Both the position numbers and the translations under genes were made by a program. A stretch of DNA of 63,951 nucleotides, counting the filler, from an uncultured Methanoregulaceae archaeon (lineage in GTDB: Archaea > Halobacteriota > Methanomicrobia > Methanomicrobiales > Methanospirillaceae), in the NCBI GenBank assembly GCA_964530035.1. It is 5 parts of 5 records of this genome, joined end to end, with 100 filler letters (N's around TTAATTAATTAA, not from the genome) between each part and the next. Parts side by side here need not be neighbours in the genome. Positions count along the whole stretch, not along the records: positions 15,084 to 29,986 come from CAZGXZ010000048.1; positions 30,087 to 44,983 come from CAZGXZ010000049.1; 3 more parts are not named here. The stretch is one strand, 5' to 3'. The notes below the pieces were generated by a model. It was given only the letters and a program-made list of their open reading frames with translations. It ran no database searches and was not told where the DNA came from. Below are positions 26,590 to 36,066 of this stretch, one piece after another; position 1 is the stretch's first letter, and each line of letters begins with the position of its first letter.

Positions 26590-26610
26590 GTTTGAATGTC
26601 ACCTCCTTTC

Positions 26611-28425
26611 TCAAACCACGTCCTCGAGCTTGAGGCGTGGTGCAATTGTCATGCTCTTCATCTCGTCGAGAAGGAGCTTGAATGCATAACTCATCTCCAC
26701 CGGGTAGATATCGGTTTCAGACCCGCAGGCAAGACAGCGCGTCACATTCTGTTTGCGGTCGAGCATGGCGACCATCCCGCAGTGCGCGCATACATACTCG
26801 TTCACCTTGTCGGACTCGTCGAGCAGGCGTTCCTTTAAGGCCATGGCGGCCCCGTGACCAATCATGACATCGCGCTCCATCTCTCCGAATCTGAGACCAC
26901 CCTCCCTCGCACGGCCCTCGGTGGGCTGCCTTGTCAGGACCTGCACCGGGCCCCTGGACCGGGCATGCATCTTCGAAGATACCATGTGGTAGAGTTTTTG
27001 GTAATAGATGACACCCACATAGATGTCGGCCTCGAAGGCACGTCCGGTGATACCATCGTACATGATCTCCCTCCCGGAGTGAGAAAATCCGAAGGCTTTG
27101 AGGGAATTTCTGAGGTCCTCCTCGATCTCTCCTGAAAATGCGGTTCCATTGATGCGACGACCTTCCAGGGCGCCCACCTTCCCACCGATCATCTCAAGCA
27201 TATGCCCGACGGTCATTCTGCTTGGGATGGCATGGGGATTGATGACGAGGTCGGGAGTCATCCCGGCCTCGGTGAACGGCATGTCAGTTGCAGGACTAAT
27301 AAGACCGATAACCCCTTTTTGTCCATGCCTGGACGCAAATTTATCCCCGATCTCAGGGACACGGAGATCTCTCGTCCGGACCTTCACGAGGCGTGAACTG
27401 TTCTCTCCTTCTGTGATTATCACCGTGTCCACGATTCCCTTTTCGTTGGACCTCATGGTAACGGAGGTATCACGCCGCTTCTCAACGGTAATGAGGTCCG
27501 ATGTTGGCTCCTCGAGGAAACGTGGGGGCGAGGTCTTTCCTATGAGGACGTCCTTTTCATTGACGATGGTTTCAGGATTGATGACCCCGTCGTCGTCAAT
27601 ATTCTTGTAGAACTCGGCTCCGTGGGCACCGATGACCTCCTCGTCCGGGACCTGGATCCTGTCGACCTGCCCGCCGGGGTACCGGCGTTCTTCTCCTTCA
27701 TAGGTCCTGAAAAAATGAGAACGCCCAAGGCCACGGTCTATTGAAGCCTGGTTGAAGATGAGTGCATCCTCAATGTTGTACCCTTCGTACGAGAGAATGG
27801 CAACAACGAAGTTCTGGCCTGCCGGACGGTCATCAGACCCGATCAGGTCTGATGTCTGCGTGTGCACGAGGGGCTTCTGGACATAATGGAGCAGGTGGCC
27901 ACGCGTGTCCGGGCGAAGCTTCATGTTGGCCGCGGCAAACCCGAGTGCCTGCTTGACCATCCCTGCACCCATCGTGACACGGGGACTTGCATTGTGCTCA
28001 GGGAACGGGACATGGGCAGCCCCGATACCGAGAATAAGCGAGGCGTCTATTTCGAGGTGAGTATGGTCAGGCGTCAGTTCAGCTTCACTTATCGCGATAA
28101 AGAGGTCTTCCTCCTCTTCTGCATCGATGAGCTCGATGTACCCTTTCTTTATGAGCACATCAAAGCCTATCTCCTTGCGGGCCAGCTTCCCGATTTCATC
28201 CTGGTTGATGACCGGTTTCCCGTTCTGGACCACGATAAGGGGTCGCCTGGCCCGTCCCCTGTCCGTATGGATAACGACGTCCCCGTTAAATTCCTTGAAG
28301 CTGATGTTGACCTCGGTCGAAACCGCACCCTGGCGGCGGAGCTCCCGGACCTTCCGGGTGAAGGCCACGGGATCTTCTACAAGCCCGATAAGGGCGCCAT
28401 CTACGAAGATACGCGCTTTTTTCAC
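26611..28425 (-). CDS. rpoB1: DNA-directed RNA polymerase subunit B'
   Basis: [33 protein letters not shown]. Confidence 0.97.
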   Translation of the reverse strand: MKKARIFVDGALIGLVEDPVAFTRKVRELRRQGAVSTEVNISFKEFNGDVVIHTDRGRARRPLIVVQNGKPVINQDEIGKLARKEIGFDVLIKKGYIELIDAEEEEDLFIAISEAELTPDHTHLEIDASLILGIGAAHVPFPEHNASPRVTMGAGMVKQALGFAAANMKLRPDTRGHLLHYVQKPLVHTQTSDLIGSDDRPAGQNFVVAILSYEGYNIEDALIFNQASIDRGLGRSHFFRTYEGEERRYPGGQVDRIQVPDEEVIGAHGAEFYKNIDDDGVINPETIVNEKDVLIGKTSPPRFLEEPTSDLITVEKRRDTSVTMRSNEKGIVDTVIITEGENSSRLVKVRTRDLRVPEIGDKFASRHGQKGVIGLISPATDMPFTEAGMTPDLVINPHAIPSRMTVGHMLEMIGGKVGALEGRRINGTAFSGEIEEDLRNSLKAFGFSHSGREIMYDGITGRAFEADIYVGVIYYQKLYHMVSSKMHARSRGPVQVLTRQPTEGRAREGGLRFGEMERDVMIGHGAAMALKERLLDESDKVNEYVCAHCGMVAMLDRKQNVTRCLACGSETDIYPVEMSYAFKLLLDEMKSMTIAPRLKLEDVV

Positions 28426-29984
28426 TTCACCTCACCTCCTATGCGTTCTACTCCAAGGGAGTACAGGAGCCGGGCAACTTCCTCCTCGTCGTCTACCCCG
28501 CGGCTGATTTCAACCATTTGTGCAAAATTCTTCACCAGACCACAGTTCGGACCTTCAGGAGTCTCACTGGGACAGATTCTGCCCCACTGGGTCGGGTGGA
28601 GGTCACGGGCCTCGAAATGGGGCTGTGAGCGCGAGAGAGGGGAGATTACCCTTCGAAGATGGGAGAGGACACTCATGTGGTCCACGCGGTCGAGGAGCTG
28701 TGATACGCCGGTCCTTCCTCCTACCCAGTTGCCAGTGGCTAATGGATGGAGGAGACGTTCTGTAAGGACATCGGCCCTGACCGCGGTCCCTATCGAGAGG
28801 TCGCGGTGCCTCATGCTTGCGCGTTCCAGCTGGTACTTGATATCCCTTGTAAGCCGGTTCAGGGAAATCCTGAAGAGGTCCTCCATGAGGTCTCCGGCGA
28901 GTTTGAGACGCTTATTCGAATAGTGGTCCTTGTCATCGATCCGCCTCTTGTCAAGGACAAGGTCAAAACACGCCTCAGCCATCCTTCCAAGGAAATGACC
29001 TTTGGCAAGCCTTACTCCTTCAACTGCCTCACGGTATCCCTCATCGCCCTCCTTCAGGTGGGGCGGCATCAGGTAGTTGAGGTGGGGGAGCAGGTAATTG
29101 TCTATGACAAACTCTGCTCTTTTCCTCTGGTAGTCCCGCGTCTGGTTCGGGGCAAGTTTTTTCCCGACATACATTACTCCACCCTCAACGTTCTCGCACT
29201 CGCTTTCCTCGAGGTTCTGCATCATGAACGTAAGGATGTCCTCGTCAGTGGATACGGCATTCACGATCTCGTGGTCGCTCACCATCCCGAGGGCCCGCAT
29301 CAGGTCAACGAAACGAAGATGCCCGGCCACAGAGGGGAACGAAACCTCAAGGAGGTTTTTCCGGTTCCTCTCCACAACAACCAGGGCACGGTATCCCCTG
29401 TACTGTGAGAAGACCTTGGCTACGTATATCCGCTCGTTGTAACGCTCGGTATACTCAGTCATGATCTTGTTCGAAGCCAGGTCCTCGAGCGTCATGAGGA
29501 CGCGCTCCGTCCCGTTCACGATAAAATAACCACCCGGATCAAGAGGATCCTCGCCATGAGAGGTCCTTTCTGCATCAGACATCCCGTAAAGGTTACAGGA
29601 CATCGATCCCACCATTATCGGGAGCTGCCCGATAGTTGCCGTGACGACCTCCTGCCTCTCGTCCCCCTGGACAAGGGTCAGGTCGAGCTGGATGGGAGCT
29701 GCATAGGTCAGGTTCCTGAGGCGTGCTTCACTAGGGAACAATTCTCCCTGTGAGCCATCGGCCTCCCGGACCAGGGGTTTTTTCACCTCTACCCGCCCGA
29801 GCTCCACCCATACCGGGGTGTTACCCTTGCCCCGCATCTCTATGTCGGTATCGATAACGCGCTGTTCCTCTACCACCTTCTGGAGGTTGTAGGTAAGGAA
29901 ATGGTTAAACGAATCAAGCTGGTGCCGCGCTACGTGTTCGCGCGAAAAGAATGCCTCAGATAATACCTTTCTGTCAATCAGAGC
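28422..29984 (-). CDS. rpoB2: DNA-directed RNA polymerase subunit B'' (frame open to contig end; start at or near it)
   Basis: [41 protein letters not shown]; frame reads [13 protein letters not shown] from 29984. Confidence 0.95.
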   Translation of the reverse strand, partial: ALIDRKVLSEAFFSREHVARHQLDSFNHFLTYNLQKVVEEQRVIDTDIEMRGKGNTPVWVELGRVEVKKPLVREADGSQGELFPSEARLRNLTYAAPIQLDLTLVQGDERQEVVTATIGQLPIMVGSMSCNLYGMSDAERTSHGEDPLDPGGYFIVNGTERVLMTLEDLASNKIMTEYTERYNERIYVAKVFSQYRGYRALVVVERNRKNLLEVSFPSVAGHLRFVDLMRALGMVSDHEIVNAVSTDEDILTFMMQNLEESECENVEGGVMYVGKKLAPNQTRDYQRKRAEFVIDNYLLPHLNYLMPPHLKEGDEGYREAVEGVRLAKGHFLGRMAEACFDLVLDKRRIDDKDHYSNKRLKLAGDLMEDLFRISLNRLTRDIKYQLERASMRHRDLSIGTAVRADVLTERLLHPLATGNWVGGRTGVSQLLDRVDHMSVLSHLRRVISPLSRSQPHFEARDLHPTQWGRICPSETPEGPNCGLVKNFAQMVEISRGVDDEEEVARLLYSLGVERIGGEVK

Positions 29985-29986
29985 CG

Positions 29987-30086
29987 NNNNNNNNNNNNNN
30001 NNNNNNNNNNNNNNNNNNNNNNNNNNNNNNTTAATTAATTAANNNNNNNNNNNNNNNNNNNNNNNNNNNNNNNNNNNNNNNNNNNN
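29987..30086. other. Artificial contig-joining linker
   Basis: 44 N + TTAATTAATTAA + 44 N. Confidence 0.97.
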
Positions 30087-30124
30087 AATGTACCTTTGAT
30101 CTATCGGTCGATTTTCTTATTTGA

Positions 30125-30595
30125 GCATTTCAACAAAGCCCGGATTTGATTTTTTCTGACCTGTTAGAATGTTTCCAGACCTTCCTGAATATAAGGAGGA
30201 TCACCTGTACCGATATCCTATTCTTATCAACTCTCCAGTCGAGGCTTCGCCCCCACACCCCCGAAACGATATCCCGCCGCCCCTGAAGGGCGCCCCGGCG
30301 GCGGTCTCACGGCCCTTCATGATGATTTCGAACTGGAAAAATCTCGCTGAAGACGAAAAACTACCACAACCTTACCACAAACAACCCTTATAAGGGAACT
30401 GCCAACGGCTTCCCTGGCTATCGTATGCAGGGGGTCCGGGGGCGGCAGCCCCCTGGTTCCCATCCCACGAATTCTCTGCCTGTTCAGGGTGAAAACCAAA
30501 AACCCGGCTCTTTTAAAGTTTTATGTCGGAATTTGAGCGGATGGAGATCTCTCATTATAGGGTGAATAAAAATGAAGGTAGGGTAGAATTCAATA
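30125..30595. repeat. Dispersed non-coding structured repeat, copy A
   Basis: Colinear with 47340-47800, including GGCTTCGCCCCCACACCCC, a 38-bp identical core and GGCTATCGTAT..GGGGGCGGCAGCCCCC. Confidence 0.9.
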
Positions 30596-30609
30596 GATCT
30601 TCATTTCAG

Positions 30610-31197
30610 TTATCCTGCCCCGATGAGGGACAGGAGGCCCATTGTCCCGGCAAGGGTGACCCCCGCTGCGGCCACGTACCCTGCGACCATGAGCCCGGTC
30701 GCTGTCCGGCGGTCCCATCTGAAAAACCATGCGACGGGAGTAGAGACATAGAACCCGGCAATGACGATCCCCGGGAGCAGGGCATAGACCCCGTACGATG
30801 CGACGAGCCGGGACGAGGAGAACCGTTTGGAAATTCCGAGCACCCGGGCCTGCCACCGGCCTGATACCAGCAGACTCGCGTCGAGGAGGGCGTAGATGAC
30901 CAGGATGACGCCAAGTGCGACCGAACACTCCGCGGAGAGGACCCACCACGGTGGCAGGCCCATCAGCACCCCGACGGGCCCGGCCCCGTACTCGATGAAC
31001 AGGGCGGTCCCGACGAGGGCGGCGGCACGCGGGAGAGAGAGCCCCAGCAGGAGGGCCGAGCCGAGAGGGAAACCCGCGATGAGGACTGTTCCGGTGCACA
31101 GTGCCAGCATGACCCCTCCTGACGACCAGTGACCGGCTGCAGGCGGCCCTGTGGCCGGGGACATCTCCCTGCCACCCCACTCATGCGGGTTGTCCAA
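30610..31197 (-). CDS. Membrane protein (putative small multidrug-export family-like)
   Basis: Several hydrophobic helices; E.GA.PVG..MGL motif; start uncertain. Confidence 0.55.
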   Translation of the reverse strand: MDNPHEWGGREMSPATGPPAAGHWSSGGVMLALCTGTVLIAGFPLGSALLLGLSLPRAAALVGTALFIEYGAGPVGVLMGLPPWWVLSAECSVALGVILVIYALLDASLLVSGRWQARVLGISKRFSSSRLVASYGVYALLPGIVIAGFYVSTPVAWFFRWDRRTATGLMVAGYVAAAGVTLAGTMGLLSLIGAG

Positions 31198-31615
31198 GGT
31201 ACCTGTTCACCTCTTCCCTGCAGGCCGGCGGGAGTGAAATGGTCGTGATAACCGGTGAACCGACAGGGATGCACACCCAGGGCTCCCAGTACAGGGTTCT
31301 TACACACGGTGCCTGGCAGGCGGTCCACGGTATGAAGACGGGGCGCGTCCCGGGGAGCGACACCGAGAGCCAGAGGCCCCTCTCATCCATGCCGACCGAA
31401 GAAATTCTCTTGTATGCCACCGCCCCGACATGCACCGTCCTCCCGGAGATTACCTGGCGAGGCCGGTCCGGTTCTCCGGCCGGGTACGCCGCAGCGAGGG
31501 CCGCGAGTCCGCCCGACCCGGAAAAGAAGGAGAAAAATCCGTTGAAGAGCAGACACAATGCAGCCACTGCTGCCGGAATGACACCGATCAGGCCCAATCC
31601 CACAATCCATCCCAT
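31181..31615 (-). CDS. Hypothetical membrane-anchored protein
   Basis: N-terminal TM helix; LA..YP and GL.LS...P.FIPW motifs. Confidence 0.55.
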   Translation of the reverse strand: MGWIVGLGLIGVIPAAVAALCLLFNGFFSFFSGSGGLAALAAAYPAGEPDRPRQVISGRTVHVGAVAYKRISSVGMDERGLWLSVSLPGTRPVFIPWTACQAPCVRTLYWEPWVCIPVGSPVITTISLPPACREEVNRYLGQPA

Positions 31616-31639
31616 GAAGCCGTTTTGTCCGCCGGGATT

Positions 31640-31914
31640 TTATACCCGGTACCTGGCATACATGAGTCCTGCAGCCCCGGCAAGCACCGGGGCGATGATA
31701 CCATACATGACCACACCCCCTCGACAATGGACCCGGGCGAGCCTGCCCCCTCACCTGCCTCCTCTTCGCCGGGAAGCCCGAGGGCTGATGAAAAACGTTC
31801 CTCGATCCCCATGTGACCCTGGCCGAGGTATGCTGCAACGGCGAGTACCGCACACGCCACAAGGATGTGGGGAAGGAAGAGAGTCCCTGTCCTCTTTCCC
31901 GGGGCCGGCTCCAT
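31640..31914 (-). pseudogene. Small two-helix metal-transport operon membrane protein (CbiN-like), frameshifted
   Basis: TM-MGIEERFS..G..IVEG, then a frameshift in a G-run near 31718 restores a second TM (VVMYGIIAPVLAGAAGLMYARYRV*). Confidence 0.5.
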
Positions 31915-31915
31915 G

Positions 31916-32130
31916 TCAGGACACTCCCCTGACCAGGTGCGGACGTACATGTGCGATCCGGTCGACATTGAACCCGGTGACGAGCGCCTCGATGACCGCC
32001 ACGCCGAGCCAGACGAGGATTCCCACCTTCGTCCAGGGGCTCGCCCCGAGAACCAGGAGGTGTTCCGTTCGGTACAGTAGGAGATGAGGTCGGTGTCCGG
32101 GACACGGGAAGACCGCGAGGTCCCTGGCAT
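31916..32130 (-). pseudogene. Chimeric ECF transporter remnant (CbiQ-like N-terminus joined to CbiM-like C-terminus)
   Basis: PDTDLI.Y..E...S.FS then frameshift to ASPWTK (EcfT-like start), followed directly by VIEALVTG....I..VRP.L (CbiM-like end). Confidence 0.45.
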
Positions 32131-32133
32131 GGC

Positions 32134-32594
32134 TTACACCTCCTCCCGGGTTTCCTGGGATGTGCCGCCACCCTGACAGCAGCAGTAGTGATGGGGGATG
32201 GTCCCGCCGATACCGACACCCGGGTGGCCCGAGGGACGCACAGATCCTGTCGATGGTGTCCTTGGCGACATATTCCTCGATATCCCGTGCCTGGCGGTCT
32301 GCTTTCCCTTCTGAAAGGCCGTACAGGGTAAAAACAAGCCCGAGGAGGCGGCGTCTCCGGATCAGGAAGTAGGTATGGCGTCTCCCCCGACCTGTCAGCA
32401 CGACTCCGCGGTACGGTTCGTGGTCGACCAGGCCGGACCCTGCAAGGCTTTCAATCGTCTTGGTCACGGTCGACGGGTCGACATGGAAATGGGTGGCGAT
32501 CTCACTCGTCCGCACGGGATAGGCGGTCCCTGAGAGGAACATGAGGTACTTGGTTTTTTTCCCCAGGGGGTTTTAGCCCGTCTATGTCCTTCAT
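32134..32594 (-). pseudogene. DtxR/MntR family metal-dependent regulator, two frameshifts
   Basis: VRTSEIA..F.VDPSTVTK..L...G.V.H.PYRGV.LT; the N-terminal MKDIDGL and C-terminal GHP..G..IP..CC segments lie in other frames. Confidence 0.7.
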
Positions 32595-32646
32595 GCGGCG
32601 GAAATGTGGCGGTTACTACCCGAAAAAGATTTGGAGCAGTACCAAT

Positions 32647-33321
32647 TCATACCCCGGTTCCCCATCCCTGGATGAACCTCCCGGCAAGGATGCCGCAGAG
32701 ATGATTGCTTTCGTTGAGACGGGACGGGGTGTCCTTTTCAATAGCGTCCCTGACCACAGGGCCGAGCCCCGCAGACCATTCACGGATGATGCTCCCGGTG
32801 AGCTCCAGGTGGAACTGGATGGCAACGGCACTCCCCAGAGAAAACGCCTGGTTCCTCACCGTTTCACCGGTACACTCCAGCCGTCCTCCTGAAGGGATGT
32901 CAAACGTCTCGCCGTGGAGCTGGAATACCTGCAGGCGCCCGGGAAATCCGGCAAAAACACCGGCACCTCTGCAGAAGACCTCGCTCCAGCCGGTTTCAGG
33001 TTCGGACGGGTACACCCGCGCCCCGTGGGCGGCCGCTATCAGCTGTGCCCCGAGGCAGATGCCGAGAACGGGTTTTCCCTGTATGACGGCCGTTCTTATC
33101 AGGGCCTTTTCCTCGGCAAGCCACGGATACGCCTCCTCGTCGTTGACGCTCATCGGGCCTCCCATGAAGACCAGGTGGGTAAACCCGTCCGTATCAGGCA
33201 CCTGACCTGACCGGTACAGGGGGATGTCTTCAAACGGCACGTTCAAGGCGGAAAAGACCTCTGCAAGGACTCCCGGCGGTTCGTTTTCCTCGTGGATGAA
33301 TACGGCCACCCGTGGCTGCAT
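32647..33321 (-). CDS. Type 1 glutamine amidotransferase (GMP-synthase-like standalone)
   Basis: MGGPMSVND, LGICLGAQL nucleophile Cys, QFHLE. Confidence 0.9.
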   Translation of the reverse strand: MQPRVAVFIHEENEPPGVLAEVFSALNVPFEDIPLYRSGQVPDTDGFTHLVFMGGPMSVNDEEAYPWLAEEKALIRTAVIQGKPVLGICLGAQLIAAAHGARVYPSEPETGWSEVFCRGAGVFAGFPGRLQVFQLHGETFDIPSGGRLECTGETVRNQAFSLGSAVAIQFHLELTGSIIREWSAGLGPVVRDAIEKDTPSRLNESNHLCGILAGRFIQGWGTGV

Positions 33322-33467
33322 GATAGAGTACAGGGCATGAATACGGGAAAAGGGTTCAGGGTACGGCCAGACATACGTGTTGTCCGGGATACTCCATGGC
33401 CCCGGCGCGTGCCCTGTGGGCGGTACGTTTTCGAAAATGCCCCCGGATTACCGGGACCATGCAGCCT

Positions 33468-34070
33468 TCAGAGGTTTTGCAGCGCCGTGCCGAACTCGCC
33501 AAGGTACTGCTCCATCGAGAGACTCCCGTCAGGGAACGGGCATCCAAGGACAAAACGCATCCTCTTCAGGTTCCTTTCAGACGGGTACACCTGCACGGGA
33601 ATCCCGGACTGGTCGGAAGCGGCGACCATCGCCTCCCGGAACAGGCCGATACAGTACGCCACCCGGGTCCGGTAGGTACCGGCAGTTTTTTCAAGGTAGC
33701 CGGCAATGCGCCTCGTCTCGATTTTCAGGAAGTCATTGCGGACCGTATCATCCCGGACCCTGCCAAGCATGAACCGGTAATGGGCAAACGGGTACATCGT
33801 CTCGAGCTCCCCGGGGAGGATCCCGCAGGACCCGAAGATGACGATGTGGTACCGGTCCCTTGCAAGCGCCCGGTCGATGACACCGGAGAACAGCCGGTGG
33901 CTCGGACTTTCGCTGTACGGCTTGTGGACAGCGCAGGGGAGGAATATGGCTATCTCGCGTGGTTCGACCTCATAGCAGTCGATGATGTACCGGAACGCGT
34001 CCTCAAAGGCCGGGTGGTAAAAGGGAGGGCCTTCAATAGGGGCATCCGCTTCCCGGCGCCCGTCACTCAT
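33468..34070 (-). CDS. DUF5591 domain protein (archaeosine synthase ArcS-like domain)
   Basis: IFLPCAVHKPYSESPSHRLF and GILP.ELE..YP..HY motifs. Confidence 0.75.
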   Translation of the reverse strand: MSDGRREADAPIEGPPFYHPAFEDAFRYIIDCYEVEPREIAIFLPCAVHKPYSESPSHRLFSGVIDRALARDRYHIVIFGSCGILPGELETMYPFAHYRFMLGRVRDDTVRNDFLKIETRRIAGYLEKTAGTYRTRVAYCIGLFREAMVAASDQSGIPVQVYPSERNLKRMRFVLGCPFPDGSLSMEQYLGEFGTALQNL

Positions 34071-34191
34071 CCCCGGGCCTCCTGCGCTCGTGGTTGCCCG
34101 CGGGCCCCGCACCACCCGGGCCTGACCGTCCCGGTTCTGGGGTCCTCCCTTTTCCATCGTTGATCCGTCACCCGGGCGGATGCCCCGGGGG

Positions 34192-34587
34192 TCAGTGTCC
34201 TGTAATCCACCGTATCGAGTCGCCCCGGTACTCTTTTTTCCAGAGCGGAACGCTTTTCTTCAGCTCCTCGATGATGTACCGGCACCCGTCGAAGGCCATG
34301 GCCCGGTGGGCTGATGATGCGGCGATGACCACGATGACCTCGCCGAGAGGGAGCCTGCCGGTCCGGTGGACGACGGACGCCCCGTGGAGGGAAAATTTCG
34401 TGACCGCCTCGTCATGGATCCGGCCGAGCTCCGAGAGCGCCATCTCCTCGTATGCCTCGATCTCGAGTGAGTCTGTGCCGTCGTCCCGTACCGTCCCGAT
34501 GAACACGACAACTCCCCCTGCAGCCGGGGAGAAGACGCTTTTCACGATTTCGTTGATATCGATGGGTCCTGTCTCAAGTCGGTACAT
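34192..34587 (-). CDS. moaE: Molybdopterin synthase catalytic subunit MoaE
   Basis: GGVVVFIGTVR, EAYEEMA, HRTG.L, HR..AF, LK..VPLWKKE. Confidence 0.92.
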   Translation of the reverse strand: MYRLETGPIDINEIVKSVFSPAAGGVVVFIGTVRDDGTDSLEIEAYEEMALSELGRIHDEAVTKFSLHGASVVHRTGRLPLGEVIVVIAASSAHRAMAFDGCRYIIEELKKSVPLWKKEYRGDSIRWITGH

Positions 34588-34589
34588 GG

Positions 34590-34868
34590 TCAGCCCCCCG
34601 ACACCGGCGGATAGGCGGCGATAGTGTCCCCCTCGCCAAGCAGAGTCCTCCCTGCGTCGGCAGGTTCGATCCTGACCCCGTTCAGGGCCAGGATGACATG
34701 GCCCAGCAGCGAGCCGTCTCCGGAAAACAACGTCTCCGACCCGCCGTCCTTCTCCCTGCACAGGGAACGGAGGGCGTCGAGCACCGTACCTCCCTCTCCG
34801 ACCTCGACCTCGTTGGTATCACCAAATACATCCTTGAACGTGGCAAACGTGCGTATCCTGACCTTCAT
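34590..34868 (-). CDS. MoaD/ThiS-like ubiquitin-fold sulfur carrier (SAMP-like)
   Basis: Beta-grasp pattern ending in PPVSGG diglycine. Confidence 0.92.
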   Translation of the reverse strand: MKVRIRTFATFKDVFGDTNEVEVGEGGTVLDALRSLCREKDGGSETLFSGDGSLLGHVILALNGVRIEPADAGRTLLGEGDTIAAYPPVSGG

Positions 34869-35617
34869 GGTACTCCTCCCTCATCCTGGTCCGTCCGGGG
34901 TCCACACCCGGGGCAGCGGGGGTTTCTCGCGAGCTGTATCTCCTCGAACCGGCACTGGTCTCCCTCGTAGAGCAGCAGACGGTTGGCAAGGAGGCCCCCC
35001 TCCCCGAGGAGGTACCGGACCACCTCCCCCGCCTGGACCGAACCGATGACCGCCGGCGTGGTGCCGATGACCGGAAATACCTCCTTCTCGATCGCCAGGG
35101 GGAGGAAACAGGAAAGGCAGGCCGTTTCTCCCGGTATGACCGTCGTCGCCTGGCCGAAATAACCCCTGACAGCCCCGTGGACGAGGGGGATCCCGCGTCT
35201 CAGCGCCTCCCTGTTCAGCACGAGCCTGGTCGCGAGGTTGTCCATAGCATCGACGATGACATCGGTGCCGTCCGCGAGGGACCGGATGGTTTCATCCGTG
35301 ATGGTCTCGTGGACCGGTTCGACGGTGATGTCCGGGTTCAGGCGAATGAGCGTATCAGTGGCCGATTCGACCTTCGGACGTCCGCAGTCGGCGTCCTGGT
35401 GGAGGACCTGGCGGTTCAGGTTCGACAGGTCCACGGTATCATGGTCCACGATCCGAATCGTGCCGACACCGGCCGCAGCAAGGCACAGGGCCGCAGGGGA
35501 GCCGAGCCCGCCGGCACCGGCCACGAGGACCCGGGCTGATTTCAGCTTTTCCTGACCTTCCTCGCCGAACATGAGGATTTGCCGGCCATACCGCATTCGT
35601 TCCCGATCTGTGATCAT
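34865..35617 (-). CDS. ThiF/MoeB/UbaA E1-like adenylyltransferase
   Basis: RYGRQI, GAGGLGSP, DLSNLNRQ, CLSC and CPGC zinc motifs. Confidence 0.93.
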   Translation of the reverse strand: MITDRERMRYGRQILMFGEEGQEKLKSARVLVAGAGGLGSPAALCLAAAGVGTIRIVDHDTVDLSNLNRQVLHQDADCGRPKVESATDTLIRLNPDITVEPVHETITDETIRSLADGTDVIVDAMDNLATRLVLNREALRRGIPLVHGAVRGYFGQATTVIPGETACLSCFLPLAIEKEVFPVIGTTPAVIGSVQAGEVVRYLLGEGGLLANRLLLYEGDQCRFEEIQLARNPRCPGCGPRTDQDEGGVP

Positions 35618-35634
35618 ACCTTGTCCGCTGCCGG

Positions 35635-36066
35635 TCACACGCCGCACGACTCGTCTTCATGCCCCTGGGAGCGCTGTTCCTTCTCTTCCCAGGGTAGAAG
35701 GCCCTGTTGCACGCGGTAGTCGTTGATCGCTTGATGGATCGCCTCCTCGGCCAGGACCGAGCAGTGCATCTTCACCGGCGGGAGCCCCTCGAGCGCCTCG
35801 GCCACCGCCTTGTTCGACACCTCCCATGCCTCCTCGAGGGTCTTTCCCTTGATCAGCTCGGTCGCCATGCTGCTCGAGGCGATAGCCGCACCGCATCCGA
35901 ATGTCTTGAACTTTGCATCGATGATACGGTTGTCCTCGATCCTGAGGAAAATCTTCATGATGTCCCCGCATACGGGGTTCCCCACCTCTCCGACCCCTGA
36001 CGGGGCGTCTATCTCCCCGACGTTCCGGGGGTTTGAAAAGTGGTCCATGACCTTTTCACTATACAT
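35635..36066 (-). CDS. iscU: Fe-S cluster scaffold IscU/NifU
   Basis: [36 protein letters not shown]. Confidence 0.95.
   Translation of the reverse strand: MYSEKVMDHFSNPRNVGEIDAPSGVGEVGNPVCGDIMKIFLRIEDNRIIDAKFKTFGCGAAIASSSMATELIKGKTLEEAWEVSNKAVAEALEGLPPVKMHCSVLAEEAIHQAINDYRVQQGLLPWEEKEQRSQGHEDESCGV

Noticed and set aside
30340..30362. Hammerhead-ribozyme-like CTGAAGA..GAAA in the repeat
   Set aside because: No stem II between the motifs, and copy B reads CTGAAGACTAAAA, losing GAAA
30169..30393. Short ORFs within the repeat copies (30169-30393 and 47338-47562)
   Set aside because: Similarity is explained by the DNA repeat; starts and stops differ, and conservation tracks hairpins rather than codons
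30125..30595. CRISPR array or leader
   Set aside because: No regularly spaced 25-40 bp repeats with unique spacers here or elsewhere in the window; no cas genes
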